This document shows positions 8,701 through 18,144 of a stretch of DNA of 64,000 nt, piece by piece. The stretch's first letter is position 1. Every line of letters begins with the position of its first letter. The notes beneath the pieces were generated by a model, which worked only from the letters and a program-made list of their open reading frames with translations, was not told the DNA's origin and did not search any database. The translations under genes were made by a program, and so were the position numbers. The stretch is from a bacterium (GTDB taxonomy: Bacteria; Patescibacteriota; Patescibacteriia; Patescibacteriales; UBA12465). Where the stretch lies: contig DAOMZR010000001.1 in assembly GCA_035400585.1 (NCBI GenBank), positions 191,347-255,346 on the forward strand, written 5' to 3'.

Positions 8701-10758
8701 CTAAAAACTAGTTGTTCCAACTAATATTTCATCTTGTTTATCTTTATCCAGGTCATCAATCATTATTCTTAAGCCAGAAGTAAAATCATTTTCGTAAGCC
8801 ATAAAAGAATTAATATTTTTTCCATCTTTATTGAAAATTTTAACTTCTGGTGATCTGCCTGGTCCAGGAACGGTTATAATTTCCTTTTTTCCATCACCAT
8901 CAACATCGCCGGTTGATATTGAAACACCACCTCTAAAACCTTGCTCATAAGCAAAAAAGCCACCAATAAGAGGTTTGCCATCTTTATTAAAAACTCTAAT
9001 ATGAGGACCACCGCCAACACCAGCTGCTGTTATTATCTCTTGTGTTTTATCACCATCTAAATCCATAACAGCCACTCTAACACCACCTCTAAAATTTTTA
9101 TCATAAGCAAAAAAGCCACCAATAAGAGGTTTGCCATCTTTATTAAAAACTCTAACATGAGGACCACCACCTTGACCAGCACCGGTTATTATTTCTTTTG
9201 TTTTATCACCATCTAAATCAGCCACAGCAAAAGAAATTTCACCAGTAAATTTTCCATCATAAGGTTTAAATTCTTTTATTTTTTGATTGTTTTTGTATAT
9301 GGAAATAATGCCTTTACTGTTAACCAAGGTTTCGTCTTGTCCGTCATTATCTATATCGCTAATAAGTATTTGTGAATTGGCTGGCTGATTATCAATGTAG
9401 GCAAAAAATCCGGAACGACTCTGTTGGCCTTTGCTATTAAAAACTCTGATGAAATCACCATTATTAAAACTACTATTTCTAATTGTAGCAATTGACGAAG
9501 TTCTTTTAAGCAAAACAACAGCGTCATTTGGTTTTATTTTCACAAAATTAATAATAGTTCCATTATTAACAGTTCTGTCTTGTGTTCCGTTTATTTTTTC
9601 AAATTCTTCTTGTTTAAAAACATATACTTGTTCTTTATCGGTTGAATTAAGAATAACCGCTCCATTTTCAAAGTTTCTTCGCCATAAACTATTTTTATAT
9701 ATAGTGTTTCCTTTGTTCAGTAAATCATAAGCATCTGATTGGGCTTTGCCCAAACTAACATCATATTCATCATACCACCAAACCTGGCCATGACTAGAAA
9801 CGTTATAATCAAAACTAAAATAACCATGACTCTCCATCATGGCACTAGCCAAGCCAAATCTCATCTTTTGATAACTTTGCCTGCCATCATAAGAATTAAT
9901 TATAGTCATCTTTGGGTTGTTGTTTTTGTCGCCAATATTAGAATAAGTCGATAAAATACCACTCCAATTACCATTACTCTCCCAAGAAGCAGGAAAGCCT
10001 TCAAACATCACACCATTCAAGAGACTTTGATAGCCATCATAAACTTTGCCATTGCCAACAATTAAGTATTTAGAACCAATCAATTCTCTAGTTTTCTTTA
10101 ACATTTTTTTTACACCTTCTGACCAAGCATAGTTAACATCTTTTATTGAGTCACCCTGTCTATCATTATTAGCATCAAAATCTCCTCGAACCCAAGCTAT
10201 ATCGCCCCAAACATTATCATAAAAAACACCATCCCATAAACCAGTTGAAATTATTTCCCTACTAACAAATTCCGGGAGATAATCATTCCATCTTTGACCA
10301 CGAGAATTAGTACCAGCCCCGTCGGTAATATTTAAAAGATTTGTTCCTTCCCAAAAAGTTGTCCGATAACCGTCTTTGTTTTTTAACCACCAAGAATCAA
10401 CAATGTTATCAACCAATTTTTTTCTTAAAGTAGCGTTATGACTCCATTCGCTAGAATAAATATTAGCATTAGCTTCTTGAGATGTTATGTATGCCAAAAT
10501 TACTATATCGGGATTTAATTCTCTTATTTTTTTTAAATTTTCTCGACTATTAACCTGAACCTCCATGTCTAATACAAGAAGATCCCATTTGGCCAGCTCT
10601 TTCACTTCGTAATCAGCTATAGTCCATTTTAAAAAATAGTTGGCTATTTTAGGATAAATATTTTTTTCATAAACAGCTTCCGTCTTTTGAGGAATTAAAA
10701 AAGTAAAAGCAAAAAGCAATATTAAAAAAATATTTGTTTTTCTTAAATATTTGTTCAT
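8701..10758 (-). CDS. Secreted putative glycoside hydrolase (GHL15-like TIM barrel) with C-terminal FG-GAP/VCBS-like repeats
   Basis: Signal peptide. WDLLVLDMEVQVNSRENLKKIRELNPDIVILAYITSQE and GLWDGVFYDNVWGDIAW. Three or more repeats of the type VRVFNKDGKPLIGGFFAYD...GGVRVAVMDLDGDKTQEIITAAG. Confidence 0.75.
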   Translation of the reverse strand: MNKYLRKTNIFLILLFAFTFLIPQKTEAVYEKNIYPKIANYFLKWTIADYEVKELAKWDLLVLDMEVQVNSRENLKKIRELNPDIVILAYITSQEANANIYSSEWSHNATLRKKLVDNIVDSWWLKNKDGYRTTFWEGTNLLNITDGAGTNSRGQRWNDYLPEFVSREIISTGLWDGVFYDNVWGDIAWVRGDFDANNDRQGDSIKDVNYAWSEGVKKMLKKTRELIGSKYLIVGNGKVYDGYQSLLNGVMFEGFPASWESNGNWSGILSTYSNIGDKNNNPKMTIINSYDGRQSYQKMRFGLASAMMESHGYFSFDYNVSSHGQVWWYDEYDVSLGKAQSDAYDLLNKGNTIYKNSLWRRNFENGAVILNSTDKEQVYVFKQEEFEKINGTQDRTVNNGTIINFVKIKPNDAVVLLKRTSSIATIRNSSFNNGDFIRVFNSKGQQSRSGFFAYIDNQPANSQILISDIDNDGQDETLVNSKGIISIYKNNQKIKEFKPYDGKFTGEISFAVADLDGDKTKEIITGAGQGGGPHVRVFNKDGKPLIGGFFAYDKNFRGGVRVAVMDLDGDKTQEIITAAGVGGGPHIRVFNKDGKPLIGGFFAYEQGFRGGVSISTGDVDGDGKKEIITVPGPGRSPEVKIFNKDGKNINSFMAYENDFTSGLRIMIDDLDKDKQDEILVGTTSF
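8945..9190 (-). repeat. Near-identical tandem DNA repeats encoding FG-GAP-like units
   Basis: gcaaaaaagccaccaataagaggtttgccatctttattaaaaactct occurs twice (about 8960 and about 9110), followed by aa(t/c)atgaggaccacc. Confidence 0.85.
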
Positions 10759-10881
10759 TTCTATATAATTTCCTTTAATTTTTTATCAGTTGATAATAAC
10801 ACATTTATAAAAAAAAGTCAACAGAAAACTACTCTTTAGCCTCTGTTTATTATATTAAAAGTGTTTTTTTGGGAATATTGA

Positions 10882-11802
10882 TTAAAAATTTACCTCCATT
10901 AAGCTTATTTCTGGTAAATTTAGAAACCTTAGGGGTAAAGCAACATTACCAATTCCGGGTGTTATAAATAAATTAATATTATTAATATTATAAAAACCTT
11001 TATCGAAACCGTATTCACTAGGTATTATTTTTTTATAAATAATAGGCAATCTTATTTGTCCGGCATGAGTATGTCCAGAAATCATTAAATCTATTTTTTT
11101 TGCATTATTTAGATTTGATACTTCATAAACAGAATCGGGATTATGACTTAATAAAATTCTTAGTGAAGCCCCACTCTCACTATTATCAGAATTTAAAACT
11201 GAGTAATCAGGATTACCAACCCAGATATCGGCTAAGCCAATAAATTCTATTCTTTTGTTGTTAATTTCTAAAACTTTAGTTTTATTATCAATCATTAACA
11301 CTCCTGCTTTTTCGAGAGAAGACGTTATTCTTTGTGAAATATTATTTTCTTCCCTACCATAATCATGATTTCCCAAAACTGCTAATTTAGGAGCTTCTAT
11401 CCTACTTAAAATTGAAAAATAATCATTTAATTTTTCTTCATCAGCAAAATAAACAAAATCACCTGGAATAAGAACTAAATCGGGATTAATCTTATCAATT
11501 TTTTTTACAACCCTATCAAGAATTTTTTTCTCATTATAAACACCAATATGAATATCTGAAAAAATAATTACTTTTAATTTATTATCAGGATTTTCTAAGT
11601 TAAAATTATATTTTTTAGTTATTAACAAATTTGGTTCAATAAATCTAGACCAAATTAAAAATAAACTTATTGTTAATAAAATTATTATTTCAAAAGTTAT
11701 TTTTTTATTTGTTCTTTTTTTTGTTAACCAAATTAACAAAATAATCAGAGGAAAAATTAAGTAGAAGCTATAATATATTAAGCTTAAAAAAACTTTTGTC
11801 AT
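10882..11802 (-). CDS. Membrane-anchored metallophosphoesterase (YkuE/YaeI-like)
   Basis: KVIIFSDIHIGVY, LVLIPGDFVYF, LAVLGNHDYG, DLMISGHTHAGQIRLP. Confidence 0.88.
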   Translation of the reverse strand: MTKVFLSLIYYSFYLIFPLIILLIWLTKKRTNKKITFEIIILLTISLFLIWSRFIEPNLLITKKYNFNLENPDNKLKVIIFSDIHIGVYNEKKILDRVVKKIDKINPDLVLIPGDFVYFADEEKLNDYFSILSRIEAPKLAVLGNHDYGREENNISQRITSSLEKAGVLMIDNKTKVLEINNKRIEFIGLADIWVGNPDYSVLNSDNSESGASLRILLSHNPDSVYEVSNLNNAKKIDLMISGHTHAGQIRLPIIYKKIIPSEYGFDKGFYNINNINLFITPGIGNVALPLRFLNLPEISLMEVNF

Positions 11803-11806
11803 TTAT

Positions 11807-13057
11807 TTATTTCAAGGAAATTTTATCCATACCAGTTGGTAAAAATTTTTTTAAAACATCTGGTATTAAAATACTTCCATCGGATTGTTGGTTTTGTTCT
11901 AAAATGGCTGGTAATAATCTAGAAGTTGCCAAGCCTGATCCATTTAAAGTATGCAAAAAAGCATTTTTTCCATCCTTGTCTTTAAATCTCATATTGCCTC
12001 TTCGACATTGATAATCCAAGGCATTTGAAACTGAACTAACTTCTTTATAAATACCCATACTAGGAATCCAAACCTCTAAATCAATGGTTTTAGCCATAGC
12101 AGAGCTACAATCACCAGCAGCTAAATCGCTTATTTGAAAATGCAAACCAAGTCCTTCAAGAAGTTTTGTGGCTTGACTTTTCATTTCTTCAAAGGCTTTC
12201 CAAGAATCTTCTGGTTTTACATATTGAAACATTTCAATTTTATTAAATTGATGACCGCGAATCATACCTCTTTCCTCCTGGCGATAGCTACCAGCTTCTC
12301 TTCTAAAACAAGGTGAATAGGCAAAATATTTTAAAGGTAAATCCTCTTCTTTCAGTATTTCATCACGATGATAATTCCCCAACATCATCTCGGCGGTTGC
12401 ATTAAGACATAAACCATCTTCAACCCAAAATAAATCATCTCTAAATTTCGGCATGTGGCCAGAAGCATAGGCAGATGCTTCGTTTAATAAAAATGGAGGA
12501 ATTAAAAATGTATAATTGTTCTTTGTATGGAAGTCTATAAAATAATTAAGCAAAGCCCATTCGAGTAGTGCACCTTGACCTTTGTAAGCCCAAAAACCAG
12601 AACCCGACATTTTAACAGCCCTTTTATAATCAATGATGTCAAGATTTTCGGCTAATTCAACATGATCTTTAGGTTTAAAATCAAAATTAGGTTTTTCTTT
12701 AAAAGTGTAAGACACTTTATTGTTTTCTTTACCACCAGCAACAACTTCTGGCGCCACAATATTCGGCAGTGATAACATTTTTTCATTTAATTCTTTTTCT
12801 ACCGATTCTAATTCTTCCTCTAATTTTTTGATATCAAGATTGCTTTGTTTTATTTTTTCTATCGTCTCTTGATCAGGTTTAGCTTTTGATAATTTATTTT
12901 TTTCAGCTTTTAAGCTTTCTACCTTAGGAATCAATTCTTTTCTCTTATCATCCAATAAAACTATTTCATCCAAGCCAAGACTAACCTCTCCTAATCTTTT
13001 CTTAAGAGCTGTTTCAACTTCTTTTCTATCTTCTCTTATTTTTTTAATGTCTAACAT
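11807..13057 (-). CDS. serS: Serine--tRNA ligase
   Basis: N-terminal coiled-coil arm. Class II motifs including SPCFRREAGSYRQEERGMIRGHQFNKIE and LNGSGLATSRLLPAILEQNQQSDG. Confidence 0.97.
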   Translation of the reverse strand: MLDIKKIREDRKEVETALKKRLGEVSLGLDEIVLLDDKRKELIPKVESLKAEKNKLSKAKPDQETIEKIKQSNLDIKKLEEELESVEKELNEKMLSLPNIVAPEVVAGGKENNKVSYTFKEKPNFDFKPKDHVELAENLDIIDYKRAVKMSGSGFWAYKGQGALLEWALLNYFIDFHTKNNYTFLIPPFLLNEASAYASGHMPKFRDDLFWVEDGLCLNATAEMMLGNYHRDEILKEEDLPLKYFAYSPCFRREAGSYRQEERGMIRGHQFNKIEMFQYVKPEDSWKAFEEMKSQATKLLEGLGLHFQISDLAAGDCSSAMAKTIDLEVWIPSMGIYKEVSSVSNALDYQCRRGNMRFKDKDGKNAFLHTLNGSGLATSRLLPAILEQNQQSDGSILIPDVLKKFLPTGMDKISLK

Positions 13058-13061
13058 ATTT

Positions 13062-14651
13062 TTAATTAATTATTTGCCCACCAAAAGATTTTAAAAGATT
13101 TTCTATGGTTTCATTGGAAGAGCCTAAATTATTACTATTATTATTTAAATTTTCATCAATTAAAGCTTCTATTGATAAATCGCTTTTATAAACATCTTTT
13201 AATATTTTACTGACAATATTTCTTATCTCTGGATTATCCAAACGATCTTTGTGTAATTTATATTTAAACGATAAACAAATTTTGTTATCATTTACTGAAT
13301 TTATCTGACAGGACTGCATTACAAAGGATAGTGAATGATTGTGTGGTTTTAATTTCATTAGAAATTCTGGCCAAAGCTCTAATATTTTATTAAGATTTAA
13401 AGAATTGTTTTCGGTCATTGAAGAATCTAAAGCAATGCTCTCTTTCTCAGTTTTTTTTTCATCTTTTTTTTCATCGCTATTTTCTTTTTTGAAAGATTTT
13501 TCTGAACTAGAGGAAATAATTTTTTTTTCACTAATCAATTTATTTTCTTTATTTAAACTGTTTTCACAGAAATCAATTATGCTTATTTCTATTGGCATCT
13601 GAGGTATGAAATGATTATTTATTTCCCTCAAATTTTCCAAAAATCTTTCACTTAAAAAAATTAAATCATTGATTGAAAATTCTGAGCTTAAATCACTTAT
13701 TTTAATTTCCATTTTTTCCGATAGATCAAGTCCAAGAGTTGTAGATAAGGAATTATTAACCTTTGTTAAAATTATCTTTCTAAGAAGCTCTACTAAATCA
13801 GTCAAAAATAATTTAAGATTTATCCCATTAAAAAAAAGATTGTTTATAAGTTCTATCGCTGATGCACCATCTTTCTTTGATAAGTGTTTTAAAAAATTTA
13901 TATTTTCCTCCAAATTGTTATAAGGTATAACCAAGCTAGCACTGGTCATATCAATTTTTTCATCAGAAATAGACATAATTTGACTAAGCAAGCTCTCAGC
14001 ATCCCTCAAGTGTCCCTCTGATTTAGTTGCAATTAGTTCCAATACTTCCCTGTCAGCTTCTATTTTTTCTTTTTTAAGTATATTCTCTAACTTCAAAATC
14101 ATGTCCGAAGCGCTGATCTTTTTAAAATCAAATCTTTCACAACGAGAAACAATTGTTAATGGAATTTTATAAGCTTCGGTAGTACAAAGTATAAAGATAA
14201 CATTTTTTGGTGGCTCTTCTAATGTTTTTAATAAGGCATTAAAAGCTGACAAAGAAAGCATGTGTACTTCGTCAATTATAAAAACCTTGTATTTATTATC
14301 AGTAGATATTACTCGACTAAGAGAAATAATATTTTCTCTAACATTATCAACACCGGTATTACTAGCAGCATCAATTTCAATAACATCTAAATTACTGAAA
14401 TTATTTATACTATTACAAGCTTCGCAATCATTACATGGTTCATATTCATCCTTTTTTCTTTTTTTACAGTTAATAGACTTAGCTAAAACTCTAGCTAATG
14501 TTGTTTTTCCAACAGCTCTTGGTCCACAAAACAAATAAGCATGCGCAATCTTTTCATGTAAGATTTCGTTTTGTAAGGTAATTTTTATGTTGTTTTGCCC
14601 TAAAATTTCAGAAAATCTTTGAGGCCTATACTTCTGATATAATACTGCCAT
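13062..14651 (-). CDS. dnaX: DNA polymerase III subunit gamma/tau
   Basis: MAVLYQKYRPQRFSEILGQNNI, AYLFCGPRAVGKTTLARVLAKSINC, zinc finger CNDCEAC, VFIIDEVHMLS. Confidence 0.96.
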   Translation of the reverse strand: MAVLYQKYRPQRFSEILGQNNIKITLQNEILHEKIAHAYLFCGPRAVGKTTLARVLAKSINCKKRKKDEYEPCNDCEACNSINNFSNLDVIEIDAASNTGVDNVRENIISLSRVISTDNKYKVFIIDEVHMLSLSAFNALLKTLEEPPKNVIFILCTTEAYKIPLTIVSRCERFDFKKISASDMILKLENILKKEKIEADREVLELIATKSEGHLRDAESLLSQIMSISDEKIDMTSASLVIPYNNLEENINFLKHLSKKDGASAIELINNLFFNGINLKLFLTDLVELLRKIILTKVNNSLSTTLGLDLSEKMEIKISDLSSEFSINDLIFLSERFLENLREINNHFIPQMPIEISIIDFCENSLNKENKLISEKKIISSSSEKSFKKENSDEKKDEKKTEKESIALDSSMTENNSLNLNKILELWPEFLMKLKPHNHSLSFVMQSCQINSVNDNKICLSFKYKLHKDRLDNPEIRNIVSKILKDVYKSDLSIEALIDENLNNNSNNLGSSNETIENLLKSFGGQIIN

Positions 14652-14657
14652 AATTTA

Positions 14658-16109
14658 TTATCTTGTAGCTCCAGAATAGGTTATCGCTTGCATTATATTC
14701 CAATCTTCTGTAGTTTCTGGTAATTTTTCAAAAATTTCTTTAAAAATTTCAATTCCCTTTTTTTCACTGTTTAAATTTCTGTTTTCTGCTCTCTGTCTTA
14801 AACCGTAGGCCATTATTTTTACGGCTGACATATCATTAACATTATTTTCATTAGCCTCTCTATTATAAACGAGTTCAAACATTTCTCTAGCTCTTAATTC
14901 GGCTTCTTCGTTATAGTTTTCAGGCCAACGACCATTAGCTATTTTTATAGCATCAGCTAATTCTTGCCCACTTTCTGGCAACTTTCCATAAGCATTTTGA
15001 AATGAATGAATAACAGCGGCCCTCTCTCCTTCACCTAATTTTTTAGTATTTTCATCTACTCCATAGGTTACAAAACTATTGATAGCATTTCTGGCTTCTT
15101 CGCTAATTTTACTCATTTCGGTTATTAAAGATTTTAAATGAGTGATTTGAGCTTGCTGTTCTTTAATTATGTTTCTTAATTCTCTAAGTTCATTTAAAAT
15201 TTGTTCTAAATTATTACTTATCAAAAGACTAGCTTTTTCTTCTATTTTTTCTATCATCTGATCGCTTGTGCTTGATTTGCATTCTCCTTCATAAGCGACT
15301 ACTTGACCATATTGTTTTTCAGCAACACAACGATTAGAATATGTTTTACCATTTTTAGCACAAACTGGTGCATATTCTAATGTACAAGCTACAGCCTCTG
15401 TATTTTTATCGGCCAAGGATATTTTTACTTGATTACTGTAAACACCACATTTTCCACCTAAATATTCACAAACTCTAACATAATAAGTTCCGGCACCATC
15501 AAAAGCTTCTAGGGTGTCAGAATTTTTATTTGGCTCTGTAAAATAGTGATATCTATCTTTATCTCTTAAAGGATAGGTTGGCCCTTCATTCTTTGACCAA
15601 ACCACTTTAAATCCTTGATCGGAATAACCATTAGTTATCCAATATATTTTAGAGCCATCCACCTTTAAAGTAATTGAATTTACTCCATCCTCTTCTTCGT
15701 TGTCATCACCTGTGTTAGTTTCTCCTAAATAAACTTTTACTTGATTACTGTAAACACCACATTTTCCACCTAAATATTCGCAAACTCTAACATAGTAGTT
15801 TCCATCGCCTTTAAAAGCTTCTAAAACATCTGAATTTTTATTTGGCTCTGTAAAATAGTGATATTTATCACCGCTCCTTAAAGGATAAGTTGGTCCTTCG
15901 TTTTTTGACCAAACCACTTTAAATCCTTGATCGGAATAACCATTAGTTGTCCAATATATTTTAGATCCATCTGCTTTCAAAGTTATCGATTCCACCTCTC
16001 CGCTGTCTTGTGTTTCATCGACATAAATTGCCCTAGCTTGACTAGCTAAAAAAAGTCCGAAAATGAAAAAAACAGCCAAACCAGAATACATAATTTTTTT
16101 TGTATTCAT
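14658..16109 (-). CDS. Secreted protein with two near-identical about 95-aa domains, a Kazal-type inhibitor-like domain and a helical C-terminus
   Basis: Signal peptide; duplicated unit SITLKxDGSKIYWxTNGYSDQGFKVVWSKNEGPTYPLR...YYVRVCEYLGGKCGVYSNQVK; Kazal-like EYAPVCAKNGKTYSNRCVAEKQYGQVVAYEGEC. Confidence 0.85.
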   Translation of the reverse strand: MNTKKIMYSGLAVFFIFGLFLASQARAIYVDETQDSGEVESITLKADGSKIYWTTNGYSDQGFKVVWSKNEGPTYPLRSGDKYHYFTEPNKNSDVLEAFKGDGNYYVRVCEYLGGKCGVYSNQVKVYLGETNTGDDNEEEDGVNSITLKVDGSKIYWITNGYSDQGFKVVWSKNEGPTYPLRDKDRYHYFTEPNKNSDTLEAFDGAGTYYVRVCEYLGGKCGVYSNQVKISLADKNTEAVACTLEYAPVCAKNGKTYSNRCVAEKQYGQVVAYEGECKSSTSDQMIEKIEEKASLLISNNLEQILNELRELRNIIKEQQAQITHLKSLITEMSKISEEARNAINSFVTYGVDENTKKLGEGERAAVIHSFQNAYGKLPESGQELADAIKIANGRWPENYNEEAELRAREMFELVYNREANENNVNDMSAVKIMAYGLRQRAENRNLNSEKKGIEIFKEIFEKLPETTEDWNIMQAITYSGATR

Positions 16110-16270
16110 ACACGTTTTAATCTCTTAACCTTAAAAATTAAAAGATTTTAATTAATAATAATTATCTCATTTTTCATTATAACAATTTTAAAAATATACG
16201 TAAAGAAGAAAAAAACTTGTTTGACTATAATTATCCTTTAAATTATACTATAATTATTACAAAAAAATAA

Positions 16271-17422
16271 ATGAAAGAATTTATGAACAAATTGATAAAA
16301 AATTTTTTTATTTTTGCTATATTAGGCTTGATTTTGTTTGGATTTAACACTAATCAAGCAAAAGCCACTAATAAATTTGATCAAAACCAACAAAAAACAG
16401 AAATTCTATTTTTTGGCAGTCCAACTTGTCCTCACTGTTCGGCTGAAAAAGAGTTTTTAAAAAAAATTAGACTAAAATATCCAGATGTAATTATTAAAGA
16501 ATATGAATTTTCTAAAAATTTAGATTTAATAGAAGGATTGTATAACGAACATCAAGTAGCTCAAGGACAAAGAGGTTTAGTCCCAGCAACTTTTATAAAT
16601 GGTACTTTTTTTCTTGGTTTCAATGAAAATACTGGAAAAGAAATAGAAAAGCAAATTCAAGGACTAGAAGTTCAGGGATCAACATCCATGATAAAAATAC
16701 CTTTCGTAGGAGAAGTTGATGTTTTTAAATATTCCATGCCAGTACTAGCCATAATACTAGGAGTTATAGATGGATTTAATGTTTGTTCATTGGGAGCATT
16801 GGTTATAATTTTAGGCTTAGTAATGATTTTAAGATCCAGAAAAAGAATATTATTCTTAGGAGGAACTTTTATTTTAGTAACAGCCCTAACTTATGGCCTC
16901 TTAATCTTTTTGTGGCATCAATTTTTTGTATTTATTTCACCCTACATTAAAATCATGGAAATACTTATAGCCTTGCTTTCTATTGTTGGCGGAATATATC
17001 TTTTAAGAGAATTTATAAAATCTTTAAAGGAAGGACCCAATTGTTCTTCTGGTGGAATAATCGCCAAACTTAGTCCTAAGGTAGAAAAAATATTTGCCAA
17101 TAAAAAAAGTTTAATTATTTTACTAGGAGTTGTTGCTCTTTTTGCTCTAGCAATAACTATAATTGAGTTTCCTTGTTCCGCTTTTTTACCAATGCTTTTT
17201 GCCAGTCTACTAGCAGAAAGTCAATTTAATTTAGGAACAAGTATAACATACATGGCTTTGTTTCTTTTGTTTTACATGCTAGACGAAATTATTATATTTT
17301 TAGTAGCGTTTTTTACTTTAAGAATAAAAATTATATCACCTAAATTTGTAAATGCTTTTAATTTAATAGCTGCTCTTATTTTCTTATTCCTGGGTTGTTT
17401 TTATCTAGCTAGAATATTTTAA
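16271..17422 (+). CDS. Thioredoxin/glutaredoxin-like domain fused to a CcdA/DsbD-like multi-TM domain
   Basis: ILFFGSPTCPHCSAEKEFLKKI and VPATFINGTFFLGFN, then multiple TM helices with DGFNVCSLGALVIILGLVM and IEFPCSAFLPMLFASLLAE. Confidence 0.8.
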   Translation: MKEFMNKLIKNFFIFAILGLILFGFNTNQAKATNKFDQNQQKTEILFFGSPTCPHCSAEKEFLKKIRLKYPDVIIKEYEFSKNLDLIEGLYNEHQVAQGQRGLVPATFINGTFFLGFNENTGKEIEKQIQGLEVQGSTSMIKIPFVGEVDVFKYSMPVLAIILGVIDGFNVCSLGALVIILGLVMILRSRKRILFLGGTFILVTALTYGLLIFLWHQFFVFISPYIKIMEILIALLSIVGGIYLLREFIKSLKEGPNCSSGGIIAKLSPKVEKIFANKKSLIILLGVVALFALAITIIEFPCSAFLPMLFASLLAESQFNLGTSITYMALFLLFYMLDEIIIFLVAFFTLRIKIISPKFVNAFNLIAALIFLFLGCFYLARIF

Positions 17423-17488
17423 TCTTGATTTTAATTTAAAAATATTGTAGAGTAGTAAGTTCTCAAGAACCTTAAAAATAGAATAGTA

Positions 17489-18040
17489 ATGAAAAATCTG
17501 AAAAGAAAGATTGCTTTGTTTTTGGAGTGTTTTTTAAATTGGAAGATTAAAGCAGATATTGATTACGATATCGAAAAAACACATATTTACTTTTGCTTAT
17601 CTTTCGGTTATCAGAAAAACAATCCAGGAACAAGTAATCAAGAATTAGCTCTTTTTTTGGAAAAATATTATTTACAAAAAAGAGCGATAATAGTTGCACA
17701 AAAAGAAATAGCTGAGGTTTTACCAGAAGTATTAGTAAATTTTGTAATCAGCAAACATCAAAAAAGCGACAAATACTTAGATACTTTTGAAGTTTGCCGG
17801 CAATGCTTCAATTATTGTAGAGATATAAATTTGAAAAAAATTTTAATTTTTGTTCACCCTCATCACGTCTGGAGAACAAAAAAAACTTTAGAAAAATTTG
17901 GCATGGATGTTTTCGTAGCTGACACCACTGGTTGTCCATATGATCCCGAATCAGCACAAATATGGACCAGAACAAAATTGTTTTTTATACCCAGGGAGCT
18001 GCTTACAAGATTGTACTATCTTTTTTCTGGAAAAATTTGA
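17489..18040 (+). CDS. Hypothetical protein, weakly reminiscent of DUF218/YdcF-like proteins
   Basis: LKKILIFVHPHHVWRTKKTLEKFGMDVFVADTTG; no diagnostic motif recognised with certainty. Confidence 0.4.
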   Translation: MKNLKRKIALFLECFLNWKIKADIDYDIEKTHIYFCLSFGYQKNNPGTSNQELALFLEKYYLQKRAIIVAQKEIAEVLPEVLVNFVISKHQKSDKYLDTFEVCRQCFNYCRDINLKKILIFVHPHHVWRTKKTLEKFGMDVFVADTTGCPYDPESAQIWTRTKLFFIPRELLTRLYYLFSGKI

Positions 18041-18047
18041 ATGTAAT

Positions 18048-18074
18048 TAAACCTAATTTTTATTAGGTTTTTTT
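18048..18074 (+). terminator. Rho-independent terminator
   Basis: aaacctaatttttattaggttttttt hairpin with T tract after the 17489-18040 gene. Confidence 0.75.
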
Positions 18075-18144
18075 ATTAATATTTGATTTTTACTATAAAA
18101 TAATAAATACTATAGATATAAAAAAGATTTACAAATCTAAATTT

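Noticed and set aside
8945-9190. Considered whether the near-identical repeats could be a CRISPR or noncoding array.
   Set aside because: They stay in frame and encode FG-GAP-like units of one protein; spacing matches protein repeats, not spacers.
13339-14538. Three forward ORFs (87, 84 and 92 aa) inside dnaX.
   Set aside because: Antisense to conserved DnaX motifs; sequences are reverse-translation artefacts.
14658-16109. Considered whether the duplicated block in the Kazal gene is an assembly artefact.
   Set aside because: The two copies differ at several codons (ADGSKIYWTT vs VDGSKIYWIT, RSGDKYHY vs RDKDRYHY, FKGDGNY vs FDGAGTY), so they are genuine diverged copies.
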